Positions 11,936-24,821 of a DNA stretch of 64,000 nt are shown one piece after another (the stretch's first letter is position 1; every line of letters begins with the position of its first letter). Location: positions 93,766,727 to 93,830,726 of the forward strand of contig CM100994.1 in the NCBI GenBank assembly GCA_046254885.1, written 5' to 3'. This stretch comes from Sinanodonta woodiana (taxonomy: Eukaryota). Position numbers and translations under genes: made by a program. Under the pieces are notes generated by a model. That model saw only the letters and a list, made by a program, of their open reading frames with translations. It was not told where the DNA came from and made no database searches.

Positions 11936-13097
11936 TGTACCAGTGCAAAAAGAGAAATTACTTTGCCAAGTGACACCACAATGCCATTGCCATGGAAGTA
12001 AATTACTTTTCCAAGATACACCACAACAGTTGACCTGGACATGTCTTGTCAGAATTAAGTCCTGCAACCCACTGGTAATGACTCTGCCATACAAATCATC
12101 AAGCCACCTTGACTTTTCCACATACAGTTTGAAGAAAAGCTTATGATCATGTCCATTTTAAGACTGCTCTTAAAACTTGCCTGTTTCAACTGCAGGAACA
12201 AACTTAGAGACCTAATAATGTTTTGTATCTTATATGTTTTCACCATGTTTTTATATTTTACAATTTCTTGATTTTTGTTATTTCTTTTTCTGTAGTGTAG
12301 TCATATCATTATAGATGTTGTAAAGTGGTTAGAGCTTCTAAAGATTAGGTGCTGTACAAAGTCCTCATTGTTATTATTACGTACAGTTGGATCTATTTAT
12401 AGCAAATTTTAATTTAGCAAATTTATAAGATTATTCTGTGATTTTAATGTTTTGCATTATTTATTCATTTATACCCACTACAGATACAATTTGGTGAGGT
12501 TTACTGGCTTCATCCAATCTCTTTTCCAGTTTCTCTATTCTCCATTCATTATACTTAATTTATATCATGTAAACTCAATCTTAGAAATTGACCTGGTCTG
12601 GTCAAAGCAGGATTCAAACTTCAAACCTACTAATTGCAAGTTATGCATACCACTGTCTGAGTCATTTCTTCAATGTCATTGTCACTGTACAGAAACACTT
12701 ATTTATAGTATGAAGGATGTAGCTAATGCCATTTGAGACTGATAAGCACATTTTTATGACTGTAGGATGTGTGACATATCACTCGTACAGTTTCTTCATC
12801 AATGTAAATTTATGTCGGCGGAGACATGCTATAATTACTCTTCTTGATTTACTATAATGTCTATGAACAGTTCATTTCTATGGATTTGGGATTCATTAAC
12901 AAATTCATTGCACTAATTTGTTGATGCAAGGATAGATAATACAATTTCCTAGACTTGTATGTATAAAAAAAGTAAATAAACAAATAAAAAATTTTTTAGC
13001 TTGAACTCCAGAGTTGCCATTATGTTCAGATTTGACTTTATTTTTATGAGATATATTTTTTAAAATATATTTATCACACATTATACATTGGTAACAG

Positions 13098-13224
13098 GTA
13101 GTTGTACTACAGTATTACCACAACAGCAGTGACACTCCTATTGAAGCCAAGTATGTGTTTCCTCTGGATGACTCAGCAGCAGTTTGTGGCTTTGAAGCTT
13201 TCATCAATGGAAAGCACATTGTAG
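13098..13224 (+). CDS. PARP4: VIT-domain exon (VVVLQYYHNSSDTPIEAKYVFPLDDSAAVCGFEAFINGKHIVG, ending in phase 1).
   Basis: Acceptor aacag at 13093-13097, donor G|GTAAGG. Near-identical to PARP4 ..HVPIEAKYIFPLDDKAAVCGFEAFINGKHIVG. Confidence 0.9.
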
Positions 13225-14015
13225 GTAAGGGAATATTAGTGTTATTTTTCACATCAAATATTTGATATAACATTGCATAAACTGATTTGATTTTTGTAGT
13301 TATGGGGATTTAGTAAATTGGAATATATTTCTCTATCAAAAACTTGGAGTGTTTAAATATTGAACTTAGATTAATGCATATTAATGAGGTAAATTAAATT
13401 TGATTGATTGAGATTCATATGCTGTATTTGTGATTTATTGGGTTTATTATTGTCAACATCTTAGTTGGTTTTGATTATAAGTAAAAAAAAAACTATATAT
13501 TAATTATGCCTTTATTGTTGATTGGGAAGCTCCATATTTTTCTGTTGCCAACATTTACCATTTTATGTTTTACTATGGGTTTTATCTATCTTGCTGGTCG
13601 ATATTGAATCTTTCTTTTTACACATATAACCTCCTGTATGGCGCTAAATAGCCTAAAAGTGCTGGTGCACCACTAAAATTAAATTAATCAATCAACCTTA
13701 GACAGAATCTTCATCAGGATATAGTAAAATAGGTTAAAAAACACTTGATGTAAACTTTTGGTTGTGTTTTACACTGCTACATAAACCTGCTTAGGCGAAA
13801 GGGTCAACTGTTAAGAATAACCATTAACGATACTTCAGTATAGAAAAGAAAAATCTGCCATAGGATCGGAAGTTTTTGTCAGATACTGACAGAGCTCTCA
13901 TGTTTGACATAAAGTTTGAACTCTTGGGTGAAATATTCTTTTTCTACACTGTTGTATATGAAGGAATCTGTTAATACTATATGATGTTGTACTTTAAATA
14001 TGCATGTGTTTTCAG

Positions 14016-14107
14016 GTGAGGTGAAAGAGAAAAGCAAGGCAAGGAAGGAGTACAAGGAGGCAATAGAAAAAGGACATGGGGCTTATCTTATGGAAGAAGA
14101 AACTCCA
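14016..14107 (+). CDS. PARP4: VIT-domain exon ((G)EVKEKSKARKEYKEAIEKGHGAYLMEEETP).
   Basis: Acceptor ttttcag, donor CCA|GTATGT. Matches PARP4 EIKEKEEAQQEYLEAVTQGHGAYLM. Confidence 0.9.
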
Positions 14108-14189
14108 GTATGTTATCTGTTATCCACACCCTTTAGTACTGAGGATATTATGATACCCTCTCTCAATATTCTGGCTCTCTTTCAACAAT

Positions 14190-15400
14190 GATTCTGATAC
14201 CATTTCTGTCTTTCAACAAGGATTCTGATACCCTTTCTCAGTCTTTCAACAAGGATTCTGATACCCTTTCTCAGTCTTTCAACAAGGATTCTGATACCCT
14301 TTCTCAGTCTTTTAACAAGGATTCTGATACCCTTTCTCAGTCATTCTGGATCTCTTTCAACAAGGATTGTGATACACTTTCTCAGTATTTCTGGCTCCTT
14401 TCAACGATGATTGTGATACTCTTTTTCAGTATTTCTGGCTCCTTTCAACAAGGATTGTGATACCCTTTCTCAGTATTTCTGGCTCGCTTTTAACAATGAT
14501 TGTCATACCCTTTCTCAATCTTCTATTTCTTTTATAACAATGATTGTGACACTCTTTCTCAGTATTTCTGGCTCTCTTTTAACAAGGATTGTGATACCCT
14601 TCTCAGTATTTCTGGCTCCCTTTCAACAATGATTGTGATACCCTTTCTCAGTATTTCTGGCTCGCATTCAACAAGGATTGTGATACCCTTTCTCAGTATT
14701 TCTGGCTCCCTTTTAACAAGGATTGTGATACCCTTTCTAAGTATTTCTGGCTCCCTTTCAACAATGATTGTGATATCCTTTCTCAGTATTTCTGACTCTC
14801 TTTCAACAAGGATTGTGATACCCTTTCTCAGTATTTCTGGCTCCCTTTTAACAAGGATTGTGATACCCTTTCTCAGTATTTCTGGCTCCCTTTTAACAAT
14901 GATTGTCATACCCTTTCTCAGTCTTCTGATTCACTTTTAACAATGATTGTGATGCCCTTTCTCAGTATTTCTGGCTCCCTTTCAACAATGATTGTGATAC
15001 CCTTTCTCAGTTTTTCTGGCTCCCTTTTAACAAGGATTGTCATACCCTTTCTCAGTCTTCTGATTCTCTAATAACAATGATTGTGATTCCCTTTCTCAGT
15101 ATTTCTGGCTCCCTTTCGACACGGATTGTGACACCCTTTCTCAGTATTTCTGGCTCTCTTATAAAAATGATTGTGATACCTTTCTCAGTCTTTCTGACTC
15201 TCTTTTAACAATGATTGTGATACCTTTCTCAGTCTTTCTGACTCTCTTTTAACAATGATTGTGATACCTTTCTCAGTCTTTCTGGCTCTCTTTTAACACT
15301 GATTGTGATACCTTTCTCAGTCTTTCTGGCTCTCTTTTAACACTGATTGTGATACCTTTCTCAGTCTTTCTGGCTCTCTTTTAACACTGATTGTGATGCC
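14190..15400. repeat. Minisatellite with a 36-bp unit (14200-14340) that shifts to a 46-47-bp unit (tgattgtgataccctttctcagtatttctggctccctttcaacaa), about 25 copies.
   Basis: Visible periodicity in the sequence. The overlapping long ORFs on both strands (146 aa, 116 aa) are repeat artifacts. Confidence 0.9.
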
Positions 15401-15461
15401 CTTTAATCACCTGTAGAGTTTATAAAAAGGTAACATCACATTTATGACCTAAACACAAATA

Positions 15462-16278
15462 CAGTGGTACCTCGGGTTACGAACGCCTCAGGTCACGAAC
15501 GATTCGGGTTACGAACAACAACTTAGAATTTTTTTTGTCTCTGGTTACTAACGATGGCGAGAGAAAGAGAGAGCAAGATTTAACGAGAAATGATCGCGTA
15601 CAGTACAAACGAAGGGCACGCAGCACATGTTCTAGCATCACTCTTAGTGCAAGCCTAGTAGCCTAGTTTTACACGCATGTGTAGCCTCGCTTTCGTTGGC
15701 CTTACTACAGCTAAAGAGCAGCAGTCGTCCTATGATGAGCATCCAGTGACCGTTTCAGCTGCCAGGATTAAAAAAAGTTTGCTGCAAGTGGGCAGACATC
15801 GAAGACATCATTGTGAACCATCATCCAAACAAACTTGTTGCTGACAGGGCAGAAAACGTGATGGCTCACTTCAGAAAGATACTCCAGCAAAGGAAGCGAC
15901 AAATTTTCCTTGATAGTTGGCTGCCAAGAAACCGCAACACGAAACTCCTGAAACGAATGTTTCAGAATAGCAAACAAAGTGACAAATTTCCCAAGATCGT
16001 TTTCTTGCTAAGAAAGATGGACTAAATCTTTATTTATTTGACAAAATTTTAATTTTTTTTGCTTGTTTTCTTTCTTTTTTTTAATACGTGAAGTACAAGT
16101 ATTTTTTTTTACATTTTGTCAGGCAAACGACCAAATGTTAATAAAACATAACGACTCTTTCATCTTGAAACAGATTGTCAATATTTCATTGATTTCAATG
16201 TTTTGGGTTACGAACGTTTCGGGTTACGAACTGAGTTCTGGAACAAATTCAGCTCGTAACCCGAGGTACCACTGTAAT
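15462..16278. mobile_element. Tc1/mariner-like MITE (about 817 bp) with roughly 25-bp TIRs (cagtggtacctcgggttacgaac) and flanking TA dinucleotides.
   Basis: The left end acagtggtacctcgggttacgaacg.. and the right end ..cgtaacccgaggtaccactgt are reverse complements, and gggttacgaac appears as subterminal direct repeats. The termini are TA|CAGTG..CACTG|TA, as in Tc1. There is no transposase ORF, only a 70-aa ORF. Confidence 0.75.
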
Positions 16279-16775
16279 ACCATACAACCTTCAAATTGCA
16301 TAGCTCTAATTGACATGATATAATTGCATAGCTCTAATTGACATGATATAATTGCATAGCTCTAATTGACATGATATAATTGCATAGCTCTAATTGACAT
16401 GCTATAATTGCATAGCTCTAATTGACATGATATAATTGCATAGTTCTAATTGACATGATATAATTGCATAGCTCTAATTGACATGACATAATTGCATAGC
16501 TCTTATTGACATGATATAATTGCATAGCTCTAATTGACATGATATAATTGCATAGCTCTAATTGACATGATATAATTGCATAGCTCTAATTGACATGACA
16601 TAATTGCATAGCTCTAATTGACATGTTATAATTGCATAGCTTTAATTGACATGACATAATTGCATAGCTCTAATTGACATGATATAATTGCATAGCTTTA
16701 ATTGACATGACATCATTGCATAGCTCTAATTGACATGTTATAATTGCATAGCTCTAATTGACATGATATAAAGCT
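16266..16775. repeat. 28-bp minisatellite (taattgcatagctctaattgacatgata), about 18 copies.
   Basis: Direct periodicity in the sequence. Confidence 0.9.
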
Positions 16776-16967
16776 GAATAAATGCACCTAGTTTTCACAA
16801 GTATTCTGAAAAGATGTCTGTTTGGGATTTTAATACTATGACAGCCTTTTCTAGTAAATTTGAAAATAAATATTATGCTTTTTATAAGAATTGTTATAAT
16901 ATATAAGTAACAATAGTTTCTTTAGAAAAATTTAATTTGTTTAGTGTATTTAATTCTTCTTTTACAG

Positions 16968-17132
16968 GATGTATTCTCAGTCAGTGTTGGTAATTTACCA
17001 CCCAACAGTGATGTCCTAATTAAAATTACCTTCATTACTGAATTGCAAGTCTCTGGAGATAATGTATGTTTTTATCTTCCATCTTCTGTGGCTCCATGGC
17101 TAAAGGATGCAGCACTAGCTCAGGAAAAACAG
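16968..17132 (+). CDS. PARP4: VIT-domain exon (DVFSVSVGNLPPNSDVLIKITFITELQVSGDNVCFYLPSSVAPWLKDAALAQEKQ).
   Basis: Acceptor cttttacag, donor CAG|GTGATA. Matches PARP4 DVFTVSVGNLPPKAKVLIKITYITEL..PATVAPW.. Confidence 0.9.
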
Positions 17133-17369
17133 GTGATAATCATTATTCCCATAATGATTGTTATAGTTTTCTAATAGTATGCTATACAACTAAATATTAA
17201 ACTTTGATTAAATTCCTAGCAATATGGCATTGATAAATCAGTTTTATATAATGCTAAATATGCATGACCTCCTTTCTAAAAAATAAATTGTATACAACAT
17301 TTTGTTTAGAACCTAGAAACAGCACAAAAAATATGAACATATGTAGTTAGCATGCCACTTACCATAATA

Positions 17370-20300
17370 AGCGACTGTAAATCACAATAACATTAGCAAG
17401 CATTACATTGTACTGTAAATCACAGTGACATTAGCAAGCATTACATTGTACTGTAAATCACAGTGACATTAGTAAGCATTACATTGTACTGTAAATCACA
17501 ACATTAGCAAGCATTACATTGTACTGTAAATAACAATGACATTAGCAAGCATTACATTGTACTGTAAATCACAACATTAGCAAGCATTACACTACTGTAA
17601 ATAACAACATTAGCAAGCATTACATTGTACTGTAAATAACAATAACATTAGCAAGCATTACATTATACTGTAAATCACAATGACATTAGCAAGCATTACA
17701 TTATACTGTAAATCACAACATTAGTAAGCATTACATTGTACTGTAAATCACAACATTAGCAAGCATTACATTGTACTGTAAATCACAATGACATTAGCAA
17801 GCATTACATTGTACTGTGAATCACAACATTAGCAAGCATTACATTGTACTGTAAATCACAACATTAGCAAGCATTACATTATACTGTTAATCACAACATT
17901 AGCAAGCATTACATTGTACTGTAAATCACAATGACATTAGCAAGCATTACATTGTACTGTAAATCACAATAACATTAGCAAGCATTACATTGTACTGTAA
18001 ATCACCATAACATTAGCAAGCATTACATTGTACTGTAAATCACAATAACATTAGCAAGCATTACACTACTGTAAATCACAACATTAGCAAGCATTACATT
18101 TTACTGTTAATCACAACATTAGCAAGCATTACATTATACTGTAAATCACAATGACATTAGCAAGCATTACATTGTACTGTAAATCACAATAACATTAGCA
18201 AGCATTACATTGTACTGTAAATAACAATGACATTAGCAAGCATTACATTGTACTGTAAATCACAACATTAGCAAGCATTACATTGTACTGTAAATCACAA
18301 CATTAGCAAGCATTACATTGTACTGTAAATCACCATAACATTAGCAAGCATTACATTGTTACTGTAAATCACAATAACATTAGCAAGCATTACATTGTAC
18401 TGGGAATCACAACATTAGCAAGCATTACATTGTACTGGGAATCACAACATTAGCAAGCATTACATTATACTGTTAATCACAACATTAGCAAGCATTACAT
18501 TGTACTGTAAATAATAGCAAGCATCACATTGTACTGTAAATAATAGCAAGCATCACATTGTACTGTAAATAATAGCAAGCATTACAATGTACTGTAAATC
18601 ACAACATTAGCAAGCCTTACATTGTACTGTAAATAATAGCAAGCATCACATTGTACTGTAAATAATAGCAAGCATTACATTGTACTGTAAATCACAACAT
18701 TAGCAAGCATTACATTGTACTGTAAATCACAACATTAGCAAGCATTACATTGTACTGTAAATCACAATAACATTAGCTAGCATTACATTGTACTGTAAAT
18801 TACAATAACATTAGCAAGCATTACATTGTACTGTAAATCACAACATTAGCAAGCATTACATTGTACTGTAAATAATAGCAAGCATCACATTGTACTGTAA
18901 ATAATAGCAAGCATTACAATGTACTGTAAATCACAACATTAGCAAGCCTTACATTGTACTGTAAATAATAGCAAGCATCACATTGTACTGTAAATAATAG
19001 CAAGCATTACAATGTACTGTAAATCACAACATTAGCAAGCATTACATTGTACTGTAAATAATAGCAAGCATCACATTGTACTGTAAATAATAGCAAGCAT
19101 TACAATGTACTGTAAATCACAACATTAGCAAGCATTACATTGTACTGTGAATCACAATAACATTAGCAAACTTTATATTGTACTGTAAATCACAATAACA
19201 TTAGCAAGCATTACATTATACTGTAAATCACAATAATATTAGCAAGTGTTACATTGTACTGTAAATCACAATAACATTAGCAAGCATTACACTACTGTAA
19301 ATCACAACATTAGCAAGCATTACATTGTACTGTAAATCACAACATTACCAAGCATTACATTGTACTGTGAATCACAATAACATTAGCAAGCATTACATTG
19401 TACTGTGAATCACAATAACATTAGCAAGCATTACATTGTACTGTAAATCGCAATGACATTAGCAAGCATTACATTGTACTGTAAATAACAATGACATTAG
19501 CAAGCACTACATTGTACTGTAAATAATAGCAAGCATTACATTTTACTGTAAATCACAATAACATTAGCTAGCATTACATTGGACTGTAAATCACAACATT
19601 AGCAAGCATTGCATTGTACTGTAAATCACAATAACATTAGCAAGCATTACATTGTACTGTAAATCACAACATTAGCAAGCATTACATTTTACTGTTAATC
19701 ACAACATTAGCAAGCATTACATTGTACTGTGAATCACAATAACTTTAGCAAGCATTACATTGTACTGTAAATCACAATAACATTAGCAAGCATTACATTG
19801 TACTGTAAATCACAATAACATTAGCAAGCATTACATTGTACTGTAAATCACAACATTAGCAAGCATTACATTTAACTGTTAATCACAACATTAGCAAGCA
19901 TTACATTGTACTGTGAATCACAATAACATTAGCAAGCATTACATTGTACTGTAAATCACAGTTACATTAGCAAGCATTACATTGTACTGTAAATCACAAT
20001 AACATTAGCAAGCATTACATTGTACTGTAAATCAGAATAACATTAGCAAGTATTACATTGTACTGTAAATCACAATGACATTAGCAAGCATTACATTGTA
20101 CTGTAAATCACCATAACATTAGCAAGCATTACATTGTACTGTAAATCACAATAACATTAGCAAGCATTACTTTGTACTGTAAATCAGAATAACATTAGCA
20201 AGTATTACATTGTACTGTAAATCACGGTGACATTAGCAAGCATTACACTACTGTAAATAACAACATTAGCAAGCATTACATTGTACTGTTAATCACAACA

Positions 20301-23300
20301 TTAGCAAGCATTACATTGTACTGTTAATCACAACATTAGCAAGCATTACATTATACTGTAAATCACCATAACATAAGCAAGCATTACACTACTGTAAATC
20401 ACAACATTAGCAAGCATTACATTGTATTGTAAATCACAACATTAGCAAGCATTACATTGTATTGTAAATCACAACATTAGCAAGCATTACATTGTATTGT
20501 AAATCACAACATTAGCAAGCATTACATTATACTGTAAATCACCATAACATAAGCAAGCATTACACTACTGTAAATCACAACATTAGCAAGCATTACATTG
20601 TATTGTAAATCACAACATTAGCAAGCATTACATTATACTGTAAATCACAACATTAGCAAGCATTACATTGTACTGTAAATCACCATAACATAAGCAAGCA
20701 TTACACTACTGTAAATCACAACATTAGCAAGCATTACATTGTACTGTAAATCACCATAACATTAGCAAGCATTACATTATACTGTAAATCACCATAACAT
20801 TAGCAAGCATTACACTACTGTTAATCACAACATTAGCAAGCATTACACTACTGTTAATCACAACATTAGCAAGCATTACATTGTACTGTAAATCACAGTG
20901 ACATTAGCAAGCATTACACTACTGTAAATCACAACATTAGCAAGCATTACATTATACTGTAAATCACAACATTAGCAAGCATTACATTGTACTGTAAATC
21001 ACAACATTAGCAAGCATTACATTATACTGTAAATCACCATAACATAAGCAAGCATTACACTACTGTAAATCACAACATTAGCAAGCATTACATTGTACTG
21101 TGAATCACAACATTAGCAAGCATTGCATTGTACTGTAAATCACAACATTAGCAAGCATTACATTGTACTGTAAATCACAACATTAGCAAGCATTACATTG
21201 TACTGTGAATCACAACATTAGCAAGCATTACATTGTACTGTAAATCACAACATTAGCAAGCATTACATTGTACTGTAAATCACAACATTAGCAAGCATTA
21301 CATTTTACTGTTAATCACAACATTAGCAAGCATTACATTGTACTGTGAATCACAATAACATTAGCAAGCATTACATTGTACTGTGAATCACAATAACATT
21401 AGCAAGCATTACATTGTACTGTAAATCACAGTTACATTAGCAAGCATTACATTGTACTGTAAATCACAATAACATTAGCAAGCATTACATTGTACTGTAA
21501 ATCAGAATAACATTAGCAAGTATTACATTGTACTGTAAATCACAATGACATTAGCAAGCATTACATTGTACTGTAAATCACAACATTAGCAAGCATTACA
21601 TTTAACTGTTAATCACAACATTAGCAAGCATTACATTGTACTGTGAATCACAATAACATTAGCAAGCATTACTTTGTACTGTAAATCAGAATAACATTAG
21701 CAAGTATTACATTGTACTGTAAATCACAGTGACATTAGCAAGCATTACACTACTGTAAATAACAACATTAGCAAGCATTACATTGTATTGTAAATCACAA
21801 CATTAGCAAGCATTACATTGTACTGTTAATCACAACATTAGCAAGCATTACATTGTACTGTGAATCACAACATTAGCAAGCATTACACTACTGTAAATCA
21901 CAACATTAGCAAGCATTACATTATACTGTAAATCACCATAACATAAGCAAGCATTACACTACTGTAAATCACAACATTAGCAAGCATTACATTGTATTGT
22001 AAATCACAACATTAGCAAGCATTACATTGTACTGTGAATCACAACATTAGCAAGCATTGCATTGTACTGTAAATCACAACATTAGCAAGCATTACATTGT
22101 ACTGTAAATCACAACATTAGCAAGCATTACATTGTACTGTGAATCACAACATTAGCAAGCATTACATTGTACTGTAAATCACAACATTAGCAAGCATTAC
22201 ATTGTACTGTAAATCACAACATTAGCAAGCTTTACATTGTACTGTGAATCACAACATTAGCAAGCATTACATTGTACTGTAAATCACAACATTAGCAAGC
22301 ATTACATTGTACTGTAAATCACAACATTAGCAAGCATTACATTGTACTGTGAATAACAACATTAGCAAGCATTACATTGTACTGGGAATCACAACATTAG
22401 CAAGCATTACATTGTACTGTGAATCACAACATTAGCAAGCATTACATTGTACTGGGAATCACAACATTAGCAAGCATTACATTGTACTGTAAATCAGAAT
22501 AACATTAGCAAGCATTACATTGTACTGGGAATCACAACATTAGCAAGCATTACATTGTACTGTGAATCACAACATTAGCAAGCATTACATTGTACTGGGA
22601 ATCACAACATTAGCAAGCATTACATTGTACTGTGAATCACAACATTAGCAAGCATTACATTGTACTGTGAATCACAACATTAGCAAGCATTGCATTGTAC
22701 TGGGAATCACAACATTAGCAAGCATTACATTGTACTGTAAATCAGAATAACATTAGCAAGCATTACATTGTACTGGGAATCACAACATTAGCAAGCATTA
22801 CATTGTACTGTGAATCACAACATTAGCAAGCATTACATTGTACTGGGAATCACAACATTAGCAAGCATTACATTGTACTGTGAATCACAACATTGGCAAG
22901 CATTACATTGTACTGTGAATCACAACATTAGCAAGCATTACATTGTACTGTGAATCACAACATTAGCAAGCATTACATTGTACTGTGAATCACAACATTA
23001 GCAAGCATTGCATTGTACTGGGAATCACAACATTAGCAAGCATTACATTGTACTGGGAATCACAACATTAGTAAGCATTACATTGTACTGGGAATCACAA
23101 CATTAGCAAGCATTACATTGTACTGGGAATCACAACATTAGCAAGCATTACATTGTACTGTAAATCAGAATAACATTAGCAAGCATTACATTGTACTGGG
23201 AATCACAACATTAGCAAGCATTACATTGTACTGTGAATCACAACATTAGCAAGCATTACATTGTACTGGGAATCACAACATTAGCAAGCATTACATTGTA

Positions 23301-24335
23301 CTGTGAATCACAACATTAGCAAGCATTACATTGTACTGTGAATCACAACATTAGCAAGCATTACATTGTACTGTGAATCACAACATTAGCAAGCATTACA
23401 TTGTACCGTGAATCACAACATTAGCAAGCATTGCATTGTACTGGGAATCACAACATTAGCAAGCATTACATTGTACTGGGAATCACAACATTAGCAAGCA
23501 TTACATTGTACTGTAAATCAGAATAACATTAGCAAGCATTACATTGTACTGGGAATCACAACATTAGCAAGCATTACATTGTACTGTGAATCACAACATT
23601 AGCAAGCATTACATTGTACTGGGAATCACAACATTAGCAAGCATTACATTGTACTGTGAATCACAACATTGGCAAGCATTACATTGTACTGTGAATCACA
23701 ACATTAGCAAGCATTACATTGTACTGTGAATCACAACATTAGCAAGCATTACATTGTACTGTGAATCACAACATTAGCAAGCATTGCATTGTACTGGGAA
23801 TCACAACATTAGCAAGCATTACATTGTACTGGGAATCACAACATTAGTAAGCATTACATTGTACTGGGAATCACAACATTAGCAAGCATTACATTGTACT
23901 GGGAATCACAACATTAGCAAGCATTACATTGTACTGTAAATCAGAATAACATTAGCAAGCATTACATTGTACTGGGAATCACAACATTAGCAAGCATTAC
24001 ATTGTACTGTGAATCACAACATTAGCAAGCATTACATTGTACTGGGAATCACAACATTAGCAAGCATTACATTGTACTGTGAATCACAACATTAGCAAGC
24101 ATTACATTGTACTGTGAATCACAACATTAGCAAGCATTACATTGTACTGTAAATCACAACATTAGCAAGTATTACATTGTACCGTGAATCACAACATTAG
24201 CAAGCATTGCATTGTACTGGGAATCACAACATTAGCAAGCATTACATTGTACTGGGAATCACAACATTAGTAAGCATTACATTGTACTGGGAATCACAAC
24301 ATTAGCAAGCATTACATTGTACTGGGAATTACAAC
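17370..24335. repeat. About 7-kb satellite array. The unit is about 35 bp (cattagcaagcattacattgtactgtaaatcacaa), with 39- and 41-bp variants (..aatcacaat(a/g)acattagc..) and a 29-30-bp variant block at about 18490-19100. About 190 copies. The distal third shows alternating variants (gggaatcac / gtgaatcac) and a periodic cagaataacattagc variant.
   Basis: Direct reading of the sequence. Subfamily structure and alternating variants are visible. Confidence 0.95.
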
Positions 24336-24821
24336 CAGTATTTATTGGCCTTAATGCTACCATACTTTATGATCTTTTCATCACATTTTAAAATGAATAA
24401 CATATTAGCATAAATTAATTAATTTGCTAAATTTGTTATATTATTTATAACTGCAAATATTTCATGATTGAGAAGTTTAGCAGTACCCATTTCATCAATG
24501 ATGTTTTGCAACTGACCAGCTAGAAGGACTGTTGAATGTTGTTTGTTAGAATTACTGCAGGTGATGTTTAGTTTGTAATTTTATTAAACATATATATGTT
24601 ACTGTCAAATGTGCTTTCATTTTATTTGAAGTTTGACAATCCCTTTATGTTGAATAAAACAGTCAACATCTAATTTGGTTTGAAGTTTGATAATCCTTTT
24701 CTGTTGAATAATGCAATCACATTTAATTTTGTTTGTTTTGGTAAATCCTTTTTTGTTGAAATAACATGATCCCATTCCTGTTTTACATTGCCTAGCAATA
24801 CAAACACACATAATACTGAAG

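Noticed and set aside
14500-14940. ORFs of 146 aa (+) and 116 aa (-) with ISGSLSTRIVIPFL / REPEILRKGITI periodicity.
   Set aside because: Translation of the 46-bp minisatellite.
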